The notes under the pieces are model-generated. The model did no database searches. It had not been told where the DNA came from and saw only the letters and a program-made list of their open reading frames with translations. From Cirrosporium novae-zelandiae (lineage: Eukaryota): DNA of 64,000 nucleotides. Made by a program: the position numbers and the translations under genes. Positions 51,429-64,000 of this stretch are shown one piece after another (the stretch's first letter is position 1; each line of letters starts with the position of its first letter). The stretch covers positions 186,001 through 250,000 of the forward strand of contig JAPETS010000031.1 in the NCBI GenBank assembly GCA_026023565.1, given 5' to 3'.

Positions 51429-52247
51429 ATGGTCAATAAAATAGCTCTAACCCTGCTGGTGGCTGAGTTCTTCTTCCTTGCCGGAGGAGCTCTCTTGCTG
51501 GTTATTTCTTTGATGACAAGATCGATATTCCACTCCACACCAAACATCCAAAATGTCGCCCAGAATCTTTTGCTGATGAGTTGCCCCACCAAAGGTTTGC
51601 AGCTTCCTTTGCTATTTTTCTTCTCTTCGGGATAAAGGGATTAATCTCGTTTAGCTGCTCTCGTCAATGCTATCTTGGTGTTTATCACATTCATCATAGT
51701 CCTCCCGGCATTTGCATTACCAACCAATCGTATATGGTTAAGAGTTCACGGAATCTTCATAACAATAAGCGCCTCGTTTACATTGGTTCTTGGACTCGCA
51801 ATCTGGGTATCGACTCTGCAAACCCGATCAAATCTCAGTGTCGTCTGGGGCCGACAAACACCGCAGGTCCAGAGCCTCCTGCAAGAAAGATTCAATTGCT
51901 GCGGCTACATCAACAGCACCACTCCCCCCTTCCAACAAGATTCGGTGTGCGGCACCGCATTGATTGCCGCTCAGAAAGGTGGCTGTGCTAGTCCATTCTA
52001 CACCTTTGCAAACTCATTTTTGGATATCATTTTCACTGCCTCTTTTGGAATTGTTGGTAGGTCTTTGTCGCCCCTTGAGCAGAATACCTAGTAATGCAAA
52101 CTTTTGGATTGGTTGACTGATTGGGTTTTTGATATAACAGCTATAGATGTTATGGTTCTTCTCTGTGTAGTCATGCTTTCCAAGGATCGTGGAGAGCAGA
52201 CAAGGTATAAGCACATTGATGAGAAAAATGGTCTCGGGAGACTATGA
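51429..52247 (+). CDS. PLS1: Fungal tetraspanin Pls1
   Basis: Four TM segments; EC2 loop with FNCCGY and further Cys (VC..GGC); C-terminal tail DRGEQTRYKHIDEKNG. Introns ~51595-51654 and ~52057-52140. Confidence 0.9.
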
Positions 52248-52747
52248 TTTTTGATCCGTTGGAATAAATATGAGACATTGAACAGCCTATTCGCTTCCAG
52301 TATACGAAGACTTTTTCATGATAAACGGAATCGGACGACATCTCCCGCAGACGAAAGACAAATAGTGAATATAGGATTAGTGTACATGTACCTATTTTAG
52401 ACAAGTAAGTGCTTTAGGATGGCGATTTATGATTTCTAGTTTCTTGGACTCATAAACTGTCCTACTACTATATACTACTATTTATTAGTCTTCTACCTCT
52501 ATTCCCCGATTACAATATATCTACTTTTGCCTTGGTTTCAAATTTTTAGGGAGAGGGAGGGATTTGCTTGTAGATGAGAATAGCATTAATATATTAGGTG
52601 GGTAGGTTGATCTTGTTAGTAACGGCATTATTATGTATTAGCTAGCCGATGAGTCGTGGTATTAAGCATAAAGGCTTTAAGTCGAGGAATGTGGGGCAAT
52701 CGCAAGACAATGAGAGAGAAGCTTGAAAGTGAGAAGATTCTGAAATA

Positions 52748-52757
52748 CCTAATTAGG
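52748..52757. promoter_or_regulatory. Palindromic CArG box CCTAATTAGG (Mcm1/SRF consensus)
   Basis: ACCTAATTAGGT at 52747-52758, ~700 bp upstream of the permease ATG. Confidence 0.4.
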
Positions 52758-53454
52758 TTCCAAACCTTTGTGCTTCATTAATTTCCATTGCGGGTATTAT
52801 TTGCATAGTTTGCACAATATTGTTTGCATTAGACTTATGCAGCTGTATCTATCTAGAGATAACGTTCAGGGAAACGCCGTCTTGCTTCCATTCTTCGTAT
52901 CCATTTCCCCAACACAGGAGATGGTCCGAAAAAACAATGCGGAGGCTTGATTGCGTACCTTGTTACACAATCGAATCCAAGAGATATCCAAGATGCGATC
53001 TGCATATATCCCCCGAATGCTTGACCATCTTCCATTTGCAACCAATTGTTCCACAGATTAGTATCTTTTTACATCATTGTGGCATCTAGTCCAACAGATT
53101 CACTTCTTCCAGATCCATTTCTTTCAACCAATGCTGCAATTGCAACCGCACTTCCATAGTGAATGAAATTATGTCGTCTTCTTATCTCTTGAATCAGACT
53201 TCCCCTATCACATCCGTACCCCATTTATAACCCTAGTCTGGTTATCTTTCTTTCTACGATGTGCGGTACGATACGCGATATGATATTCGCGTCTTTCCTT
53301 AGTTCTACTACATCGACAAGGCTTGCTTTACAGCATGTCTTTAAGTACCACCTTATCTCCCCCGTGTTTTATCCCTTTCAAGTCCCGCCTTTTCTTTCAA
53401 ACACTCTTCTAGAAGATTTGGAATAACGTTGGAATTCAATTGTTTGCCATCAGC

Positions 53455-55563
53455 ATGACGTCCAGCCTCTCGCATTCTGCTCCCGAGGAGCTTTCCAAAG
53501 AAACATCGGCCACCCTTCCTCACTATGATGACGACCTTTATCAAGAGTCAAGTAAGAAAGATGTCAGCCATGATACCGAGCTTGGAATCGTCGAGGAGGA
53601 GCCCAACCATAAACTTCTCCGAAACCTAAAGGGACGTCATATGCAGATGATTGCTATCGGTAAAGACCCTGGGGTAATCTTCTCGGGAAAGGACTTGGCT
53701 TACCTTAGTTTTCTTTAGGTGGCTCTATCGGCGCAGGTCTTTTTGTTGGTTCCGGATCTGCTCTCGAGACGGGTGGACCTGCCAGCTTGGTCGGTGTTCA
53801 ACCCGGGTAACATTAAACCGAATTTGGCTGATCCTTGACTTTATATCATTTTGATAGCTCATTGGGTTTATTATTGTCGGTGTTATGCTTCTGTGCACCA
53901 TCTTTGCCCTTGGAGAATTGGCTGTCTTGTATCCCGTCAATGGCGCTTTTTTCGAATATTCAGTTCGTTTTGTGGATCCTGCCTGGTTAGTTTCTCGAAC
54001 CTTGCGACCCAACCCGTACTGACTGTCTACCCTCCTTTCTCGCAGGGGCTTTTCCATGGGATGGCTTTATACTTTTGGCTGGTTAGTCACGCTTCCCTAT
54101 GAGCTTACTGCCGCATCCTTGACTATCGATTTCTGGCGATCGGATATTAATATTGGCGTTTGGATTACTGTTTTCTTGGTCATCCTCTCTATCGTACAGA
54201 TATTCGGCGTACGTGGTTACGGTGAAGGTATATTTTATTTCCCTTTCCAACTCGGAGTACAAAGAGGCTACTAATTCCATCCTAGTCGAATTTATCCTAT
54301 CCACCATCAAAATAATCGCCTGTATTGGGTTCATCATCCTCGGTATTATCATCAATTGTGGTGGAGTCCCCACCGATGACCGTGGATACATCGGTGGCCG
54401 TTACTGGCGCGATCCAGGCGCCTTTCGCAATGGCTTCCAAGGTTTCTGCTCTGTCTTGTATGTGATATTCCCCATCATCTCTACCATCCCAGCTAACCGC
54501 CCCAAAGTGTCACCGCAGCATTCGCATTCGGTGGAACAGAAATGGTGGGCCTAGCATCAGCCGAAGCTCGAAATCCAGCCAAGGCGCTCCCCAAAGCATC
54601 AAAGCAGGTATTCTGGCGCATTACATTCTTCTACATTGTCAATCTTTTGATCGTAGGCCTCATCGTCCCGTCAGACAATCCAGAGTTACTAGGGGCATCC
54701 AACTCCAACACCAAAGCAAGTCCATTCGTCCTCGCAATCAGACTCGCCGGGATAAAAGTCCTGCCCTCAATCTTCAACGCCATCATCACCATCTCTGTCA
54801 TCAGCGTCGCAAACTCCTGCACCTATGGCTCCACACGCACGCTCCAGGCCCTCGCAGAGAGCAAAATGGCACCCAAATTCTTCGCCTATATCGACTCCAA
54901 AGGCCGTCCGATCTGGCCTGTAATAACCCAACTTGCGTTCGGCCTCCTGGCCTTCATTAACGAAGGCACCACGGGAACAACCGTGCTCTACTGGCTCTTG
55001 GACGTTGCTGGTCTCTCGTCTTTCTTCTGCTGGGGTAGTATCTGTCTGGCTCACATTCGATTCCGACAGGCGTGGAAGGCTCAGGGACGCTCCCTAGATG
55101 AAATCCCATACAAAGCTGGCTTGGGGGTCTGGGGAAGCGCATTCGGATTATTCCTCGTTATCATCTGTCTAATCTCACAATTCTACATCGCATTATGGGT
55201 ACGTAACCCCCCCTCCCCTCCCTCAAAAAAGCCAAATCCCCCAACTAACCCCCCCTCTCCCCCCTACAGCCCGTCGGCGGCACCCCCAACGCAACCGCCT
55301 TCTTCGAAAGCTACATCTCAGCCGTAATTTCCATCGTCGGTACCATCGTCTGGAAGCTCTGGGAACGAGATTGGGCGGCCTATGGAATCAGCGCTCTTTG
55401 GACTGGTGGGTGGAGCTTTGGTGTCAGGGTCTTGGATATGGATTTGGATGCTGGGAGGAGGAGTGTGGATGGTGGAGAGAGTGAGGAGGGGGAAAAGGGG
55501 GGGGGAATGGGGAAGAAGGGGTGGAGGGGGCTGTGGAAGAGGGTGGGGGGGTATGTGTTTTGA
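53455..55563 (+). CDS. Amino acid permease (APC/YAT family, Gap1-like)
   Basis: [61 protein letters not shown] and SPFVLAI motifs; about 6 introns; ends ..[11 protein letters not shown] at 55563. Confidence 0.95.
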
Positions 55564-55569
55564 GTGAGT

Positions 55570-58500
55570 GGGTGTGTGTGGGTGGATGTGGATGAATATG
55601 AAAAGGGATGAAAAAGGGAAGGAAGAAAGAATGAAAAAAAAGACTTACACGTCTCCTATCTACCTATCTATCTGTACACCTGTCCATAACCTTACATATA
55701 AAATATAAAACCTATACCACCACCCCCTTCCTCTTCCCTCTCCTCCCTTCCCCCCTCCTTCCCTCCCTCTCTCTTAAAAAAAGAAAAATATATATTGGCA
55801 ATGATACAACAATGACACCAAAAAATACTGAAGACCTCCACAACCGCCCTCTTTATTTTTTATTTTTCTGCATATCTATTTTTTATCTATTTACGCACCT
55901 ATCTATTCCCATCCTTACCTATGTACTGTACATGTACATCCTATAACCCTAAATACAAATATAAATATAAAACCCATCCTCTTTCTCTTTCTCTCTCTCT
56001 CTCTCTCTCTCAAAAAAAAAAGGGGGGGGGGGAAGGGAAGAAAGAAATGGTAGAAGAAAATAAGAGGGTATATATTTTTCAATATATGGGTATAGGTAAT
56101 AAGTATGAGTGTGGATAAGAATATAGAAATAGGGGAACAAGAAAAAGGGTATGAAAGAAAGAAGGAAGAAAGAAAAAAGATAAAAGGGATTGTGGAAAAT
56201 GGTGGAAGAATACATATTTTAAGTAAAGTGGGTGTTTTGAACTGGCGTGAGTTGTGGATATGGATAGAGGGAGGAAAGGAAGAATAAAAAAATATAAAGA
56301 CATGAATTCGGGAGATTGGGAAAAATCAAAATAAAAAAATAAAAAAAGAAAGAAAGAGAAAAGACCGACATATCTCCTATTCATCCCATATCCTATATCC
56401 CACGTACTGTACTGTACTGTACATCCCCCCCCCCAATATTAAGCCCCGTATATATATATATATTAATAATGATACGTGATGCTAAAGCCTACCCCCTTCA
56501 CCTTTCAGCCTTCTTCACCCTTTATTTATCTATCCATCTATCCATCCATACCCCTACCCTTACCCCTACCCTACCTATCTACCTCCTTATATATAATATA
56601 ACATAACAATGAATAACAATGAATAATATATTACTAAAGACCTCTACAACCACCCCTCCCTTTCCCTTTCCCTTTCCATCCTTTACTCATCTATACAATT
56701 CCTACCTATCCCCCCCTCCAAAAAAAAAAAACCAACAAGAACAACAAGAACAACAGCAACAGCAGCAGCAATTGAAGTTTTTTTTTTTTTTTTTTTTTTA
56801 GAAGGAGAGGGGAAGGGAATTATCAATATCTCAATATCTATGTTACGGTTCCCCCCATTCATTCATTGGGTTGGGTTGGGTTGGGTTAGGCCATTAGGGC
56901 ACACACACGCCCGAGACTCACCTTGTAAGGTAAACCTCCAACCCTAGTCTAGCATCATCATCATGAACCAATAACATAACATAACATAACATCACCAAGT
57001 CAGTCAGACCTGGTCATTCATCTTATGACCTAGGTGCCCCTGACAATCTAACATAGTTTCCTTTTTCCTTTTTCCTTTTAGATTTAGATCTTGATTCTTG
57101 GTTTGGGTCTATATTAAAACAATGATTCTTTTTTTTATTCATTTTTTTTTTATTTTTTATTTTTTTATTGTTCGTATCATGTCGTGTTGTTGTTGTGTCG
57201 TCCTTTGGGGATATGGGGTATGGGCTTGTAGGTATGGGTATGGGGTATGGTGGATATTGGGGTTTGTTATTAAGGTGGAAGGTAGGAAGAGGTAGGATTA
57301 AGGGATTAAAGTAGGTAGGTAGGTAGATACGTAAGATATATAGGAATATATAAAAGTTTTCTCTCACTCCCACTTCCACTCCCACTCCCCCCCTACTCCC
57401 TAACCCCCACTTCTACATACATACATACACTACATACATACATCCAACACATCCAACAACACACTCTCACCCCCCCCCCCCCCCCCAAAAAAAAAACCCC
57501 CCTTTCTCAAAAAACCGTAAAATACCCACATCCTTACCTAACCAAGAGGACGGACTGGACACATTCTATGAAGGATTTGAGAGAGTTTTAAGGGCTTTTG
57601 AGAACTTGGGGGGGAGGGGGGTTGTCATGTTGAGGGAAAGAAGGGGAGGGAGGATGGGGGTTATATTATATCGATGGGGGAAATGGGAGGGGGTTTGGGT
57701 TTGGGTCTGTATGTAGGTGTAGGTGGGTGCTATAATTAGTAGGTAGGGAAATAGGTAGGTAGGAGGCAGATAGATATATCGGCAAGTAGGTGCGCGTAGG
57801 TCAAGTTCAGTTCATATTAAGGTGCTATAATCACTCAATCAGTCTCGTAGGTAAAATACATAAATATATAAAATTTCCCTCCACCACCACCACCCCCCTA
57901 TATACATACGCAAAGTCCTTTACACACCAATTTTTCATCAAAAGCAGTTATAAACATCATCCTAACCAATCTAAGCAAAGAAAGCAAAAAAAATAAAACA
58001 AAACGGATATTCTATATAAAGGATTTGAGAATTTGAGGATTGTGTTCGTTGAAAGGAGAGAGGAAGAAAAGTGGGGTCATATTTCTGGAGAAGGAAGGGG
58101 GAGAGGGGGTTTGAGTTTGGGTTTTGTGCGAGGTGGGTTTTGTTGGGTGTGGGTTTGGGGGGTTTTGGGTTTGCGAGATTGGATTAAGGTGATATAGTCG
58201 GTAGGTAGGTTAGGTAGGTATGTAGACCGGTAGGTAGGGAGGTAGGGAGGTATGTAGGTAGGTAGGTGTGTGGATATATAGGTTAGGTGTATAGGTAGGG
58301 AGGTAGGAAGGTAGGTAGATATATAAGTTTTGGGTTTTGTTTTGGGTTTGGTTTGATCCTGGGTTCGGGTTTGTTGGGTTTTCTCGGTTGGATGGATTAA
58401 GGTGCTAGATAGGATTAAAATGCTACATCCGGTAGATAGATTAGGTGTATAGGTAGATATAGGGTTTCTTCCTGTCTCTCCAGTCTCGGTCTCCGGTCTC

Positions 58501-59050
58501 AAGTCTCTAGGCTTATAAAACCACCATCACCACTGCTCCTACCCCTACATGCACGCATACATCCAACACACACAGATTCAACTCTCTTGTCCCTCATACC
58601 AAGTCTCAAACCCCAAAAACTCTCTTACATCCCACCTCCTACGAAATAAAAACGCAGGTGAAAATATTATCTCATCTAACCAAGAAACTAAAAAAAACAA
58701 ACAAAAAAACAAAAACTTTTTGAACAAAAAAGAAAAAACAAAACAAAGACGGGAAATCCTATCTACTCGAATTTCAAAAAGTTTTATATTGTTGCAAAAA
58801 GGCGAGCGGGCGGGCGGGCTACATGTCATATTTCCAGCGAAACGAAGGAGCTGGGCTAGGATGGACGTTGGGAGGGCAGGAGGTTGAGCTATTGTGGATA
58901 GAGGGTTTGAGACTTTTGTGGTTCGAGTTGGGGCTGTGGTTGAGGTTGGAACTTGCAAGTCTGAACGATTGTTTAGGTGGTTGGGTTGAATGGTGGTGGT
59001 GGTGGTGGTGGTATAGCGGTTATTGGTCCTTTCATTCCATGTTCCTTTCC
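55570..59050. repeat. Low-complexity island of homopolymers and microsatellites
   Basis: Dense poly-A/T/C/G runs, (CT)n, (TA)n, (TAGG)n, (TACA)n, (CAG/CAA)n and (TGG)n; no credible long ORF. Confidence 0.85.
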
Positions 59051-59470
59051 CCATGATGCTAGAATTCAGTATGCCTGCTAATGCTTGATTGTTTGGTTCC
59101 TCGTTTTGTAGAGACGGGATTATTGCGTGCTATCGATCGCAATGTCTGCTTGGTGTGTAGGTGTATTGTATGTCCATATTGGCTAATTATCTATTGCATC
59201 TCTTATTAGAATTCAGAGATTGTATAATCCATCTATCCATCCAGATCCATCCAGCCAGCAAATCCAATCCAATCCTATTCCTCGCGGTATCCGATGGTGT
59301 TAGAGTTTAGATTTGGGGGAGGGAGGAAAAAATCCATTTCATAATTCATTCCATACTTTTTTTAAGCGCTGTAAACCAGTTCTATATTATATCTGTATCG
59401 CAATACGTTCCGTTTCCCCACATTCCGCACTGAATTTATTTTCTCTCCGTAAGCTGATCTCTGCTGCTGC

Positions 59471-60821
59471 TTAGTCCATCTCCAGGTAAGAGCTATTTTT
59501 TCTTCCATGTCCTGGAGTGGCCATCTTCTTTTGGTACGAGCCAATTGGGAGGGTCTCGGCTGATGCCAAGCTGGGGTCTGCGTTTACGCTGGCGAAATCG
59601 GTGGAGTCCGAGGCGGCCTGTTTTCGAGCAGATTCTTGGAGTTCAATGTCGTCGTCGTCGTCTGTCGCTCCGTGGGCTCTGACTGGGTGATCAGAACTCC
59701 AGACTCGGATCGAGTAGGGGCCGGGCTCTTCGTAACTGCGGCTTTTATATGTGCCTACCCGGCTGGCCCAAGAGGAAACGAGGGGTTTGAGGGTGGCTAG
59801 GGAGCCAGCGATGATGGCTACTCCTATCTCAACGGCCGACCAGGTACCGATGCCAACGATGGGATCTGTATATGATTGTTAGAAAAGATAGGGATGTCTG
59901 GTGATGGCTACGCGATGACTCACAAAGGAAATCTTCGTTTCCTGAAAGATCCACAATGTATAGCATGCGGACAATTGCTGCGATAGAGTTGCTGCGGCTT
60001 GAATTAGTATGACGAAATAGATAATATATCAGGATGACATACAGGAAAACTAATCCCAGAATCCCGGAAATAGCAAGCTTCAGTGACGTTTGCAGCTTTA
60101 GTTTTCGAATCATCAACGCAGGCAAGATGGCGAAAACGAGGTCGGTCATAATATTGAACCCCGATACGACATAAAGGATATCCAAGATGATGTTGGTATT
60201 CATGCACTTGGTTGCATGTGCCGAGTAGTCCCACCAGGCGGAAACGGGGTCGCATTGGAAAAGAGAAACAAAGAAAAAGGGAATGTTGTATACAATGGTA
60301 AAAATGATAAGGGCCCAGAGAACCCTGTTGTATGGCTTTTCGATACTAATGCGGACGAGCAACACGCCTGCGGATATCTTTGCAAGGCCTAGTGCGGGGA
60401 TATAGGTTAGTTCGGTGAGAAGGTAATACTACAGAGCAAAGTCAGTGTTTTGACATATAGGAGAGAAATGATCAGGTGTCAACTTACTTTCAGGGCATCA
60501 GGAAGCTTCGTCATATCGAGTTCTGCGAGATGTAATCCGGCTCCATTATTGGCCGTTGCTATTGCACATGCACAGTATGCCACAAAACACAACTAATTCA
60601 TTATTTATCAATAAACCAGAACGTCTTGAAGAGATCGAGCATGATGCTAGGAAACTTACCCAAGATGCCACCATGATCCAATCATCGGGCCCAATGTTCC
60701 TCACCACTCGACCTCTAGTCCAAAATCGAAGTGCTAGTACTAGCAGTGAGAGGACGGGCATGACGACACAGGCAGCAATGTTGGCCTGCCGCGAGGGCAT
60801 GCTACGATCGGCCCAACCCAT
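59471..60821 (-). CDS. PTH11-like rhodopsin-domain 7-TM protein without a CFEM domain
   Basis: LRFWTR..GPDDW, G.GLH, AKISAGVLLVRI, FQCDPVSAWWD..C, TDLVFAILP..LKL and WSAVEIGVAIIAGSLATLKP motifs; 4 introns; stop at 59471. Confidence 0.9.
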
Positions 60822-61282
60822 GACGGCACTGGTATTGGACCCCTAAAAATGGAATAAATGTGGATTAGACGCATGGAATATATGATACAAAGACAAAAAG
60901 ATGGAGTGGCGAGGAACAGTCCGATGAAAGGAATGACATAGATAAGTAGGTGAGCAATGGACGATCAAAAGAATGTAAAAGCAATAGATATTTGACAATG
61001 AAGGAGATCCTCTACTTTCATAGACTCTTGTCCTTGAGGTCATCAAAGACTAATCTATAGTCGGATCACCTCCCGAGTTGATCTACGATGTGTCCTCATG
61101 GCTTGACAAATTTTTATCGACTCGTGTGTCCAAACATGTCGCGGGATTACAATGTGCCATGACCTAGATGAGGTGGGATATCCCATTGGATGAGTTCAAG
61201 GGGAGGGGGGGGGTTCAATGAGGAGAAGAGAAACGCTGAGGGTCTGATGGTAGTCAGAACGCAGGAACCATCAGGGCACGAA

Positions 61283-61312
<30 letters not shown>
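61283..61312. repeat. (ATTG)n microsatellite
   Basis: Directly visible run. Confidence 0.9.
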
Positions 61313-61313
<1 letters not shown>

Positions 61314-62984
61314 CGGAGGGCCGATTGAATTTGAATCCCAAGGGTTTGGCAACGATATGGATGAATAGCTACCATAGTACAGTACATGAATGCTGTGGAG
61401 TGCTGGTTGTTGGACAGTAGTGGCTCGGATGACCTGTGCGGACTTGGGCAGCAAAGGACTCGGAACAGTCTGTGCAGACAAAATCACGTCCCAGGAAGCA
61501 TCTCCGTAGATCTACCGGGACCCCCCTTAAGAATACTTAATACTTTTGTGTATATTACAGTATGGGGAAAATCAAAAAAAAACTTTATCTCCAGCTCTTT
61601 CTCTCCCTCTTTCTCCCCTTCCTATTCTTTCCTATCCTATCATATCCTATCCCCAACCTTTATTCAACATCCGAAGTCGACGGAGAAGAACACGGAGCTT
61701 CACGTATGAGCAAATATATTGGTACAATCCCTTCCGCTGACCTTCCACTTGAAGCCAAGTCCCCGTCAGTTGTTACCGACTACCCTCAAGGATCATCCCT
61801 CCGTAGTCGGTCTGTTCTCCTCAGCATGACCGTCGCTCAATATTGGCGTCAGAAAAACTTCAATGGTACAAGTAGAAGCCGTGGAATTATGTGGAACATC
61901 TAGTGACTTTATTAGTTCTCTAGTTCTCCCGTACATGGTAGCCGTCGGAACTTCCCTTCAGGGCACAAGTGTTACGCGTCAAGATAACAATCGTGGCGGA
62001 TAAAAGATTAGATCAAAATCCCTTGATAATGTCTGTCTCCTCGAGAACTGTAGTGGACCTGCTCGCGTAACTAGATCAGGAACGGGGCTTGTCAAAAAGT
62101 TAAGAAAAAACCATGAACATTCCCGTCTTACGTGCATTTTATGTCGGTCGGTCATGATCGGCCGTCATACTCGTTCCGGTTAGACCAAACTCCCTTCTCG
62201 CTCCTCTTGACCCAAAATGGTATTTCTTTTCAGTTCGCCTCAATAACAAAATCTGTAATTCGGATACCCCTCACTGACATCTCCTTCCCCCTGGCCCCTT
62301 CTATAATTGCTCTGGTCCGTTATTCTCGTATGATGCTCTCCAAATTCTTACAAACAATATTGTTGCCATCATTATTATCATTCACATATACCTTAAGCTA
62401 GCCGTATATCTTAACCGAAAGTCTAGCCCTTGGCCTGCCTCAAGTACTTAATCCTACAAAACCTACACAGTTCCCTAAACTGTTCTGTATTGCTGTGGAT
62501 ATATCTCGCTTATAATGCTCCGATATATTATTGGCAAACACCGAAGCGAGATGGCATGTTTGGATGCAGCAACAAACATGGCCGTGCATCTCGCACTGTG
62601 TCGTGGATATGATCCCAAAAAATGTTTAGCCCACCGTCACAATAAGACGGTCAGGAAGCAGGAGAGGGCAATAGCTATGAAGATTGACCGTTAGAACGGT
62701 GAAGAAGAGAGAAATGATAGCGAGAGCTAGTTACGGGTGACGTGAACTTGGGGACAGGATCAGTATACCTTTTTTCTTTTAGCATTGTTAAAAGCAAAAG
62801 AGGATGGCTATCACGAGTGCTTGCAGCCCTGTAGACCACTGCACTGGAAAGTGATGAGCAGATGGTGAGTTTGAAATGTGGCTCGAAACAGGGGTGCTGG
62901 CCCTACAAAGACCTTCCAGTCAGAGACCATGTGTTTGAAAACTCTACGGAAGAGATGATTCATTCATGCTCTGTTCCGAGATGA

Positions 62985-63889
62985 TTATGATGTCTGAATT
63001 GAAGATGACCCTTTAAACTTTTCTTCCAAAGATAGAATTTTAGCCTGATCGGGCCGGCCAGCAATAATAAGTTTAGCGACCACGCTTATAGCCATTGTGG
63101 TAAGCCACTCGACGGTGAATATCTTGAAACGAGTGTATTCGGAAATTGTTAGAATGGTTAGAAGTATACTGTCCCTAACCAGAGTACCCACCAGTCTCAT
63201 TCATCTTGAAGCGGTCTTGGGAGAGTATAAGTTAGGGACTAAGAGGCAACCGGAATAGGAGTGTTTGCATCTTAATCACAAATATAGGTTATTCGCCGGA
63301 AAAGCTTTAACTACGATTTCGGAAACAAATAACATGCTCAATCTTCGCTGCAGCTATAGTCCGATATAATATATGCTGAGAATAGGAATGACCTGCGACA
63401 ATGAGTGTACCTTAAGACTACCAGAATATAGGGACAATGTTCTAGAGGGAGCCCTTTAAAGACACAACAAAGAAGCGGTGCGTTGGAGAACCACTGGATA
63501 GCTTCATGAAATCTTGAAACATAGCGCATCTATCTTGGAATACCATCAGAAGCCATAGAAGATTAACAAAACGGCTAGGTATCAGTTCTTGTCCATCGAT
63601 ATTGCAAAACTCAGCTAACCAACCTTAATTTCAATGTCAGGCAACACACCTTAGACTCCCAGCCAGCCACCGTTATTATAAATGCGTTTATAAATGGACA
63701 AAGAGTCAATCCAAGGATAAGAAGGGTCATGGTGCATGCAATGATAAACTTGCTTCCATCGGACAAGCCCATCAATAAGTGGACTGGAAGTTCAACCCAA
63801 CATGAATTCAAGGGCACACTCCACAAAGCGACTTGAAAATTCTCAAGTACTGTTGGAGATGGAAAGATGCGTAGCTGCTTACAACACAT
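62985..63889 (-). pseudogene. Possible decayed MFS sugar-porter gene
   Basis: Fragments in porter order: LMGLSDGSK plus a TM segment (motif A-like), PR*MRYVSRFHEA (PESPRW..R.EEA-like) and PDQAKILSLEE (PETKG.SLEE-like). Splice-like signals and stops are present. Confidence 0.3.
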
Positions 63890-64000
63890 AAGTAGAGGGA
63901 TGTGAGGGAAATGAATAGCAGCTAGTGTGCGAAGACATCAACCGATTGTGATGATAAGTGTTGTCTTGATTGTCTATCTAATGTGAGTAAGAATAGCTGA

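Noticed and set aside
55944..55952. TAACCCTAA as a telomerase RNA template
   Set aside because: It lies in low-complexity sequence with no recognisable pseudoknot or CR4/5 nearby; chance occurrence is likely.
58578..59054. 158-aa minus-strand ORF
   Set aside because: It is largely built from (ACC)n and poly-T tracts and shows no protein-like motif.

Overview
Intron-containing nuclear DNA from a filamentous ascomycete (Pezizomycotina-like: short GT..CTRAC..YAG introns and fungal gene content). I can assemble about 19 genes by hand. In order: a small hypothetical protein, an MFS transporter, a Bmt/GT91-like protein, an RnpA-like basic protein, RAD1/XPF, a micro-protein, LAS17/WASP, MRS2, an orphan disordered protein, SEN1, a DNF1/2 flippase, an Nse6/CANIN-like protein, VMA4, a NIPA-type Mg transporter, MCM1, the PLS1 tetraspanin, an amino-acid permease and a PTH11-like receptor. 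Two relics are also present. The first is a ubiquitin-specific protease (USP) gene with intact catalytic boxes but two RIP-type premature stops. The second is a probable decayed sugar porter at the right end. The most notable unexplained signals are a GC-rich structured ~240-nt element at 39.25-39.49 kb with RNase P/MRP-like motifs, the RnpA-like protein, and the USP pseudogene, where one stop sits exactly on the invariant Trp. I found no tRNA, rRNA, CRISPR array or intact transposase. All family calls come from motif recognition, not from database searches.
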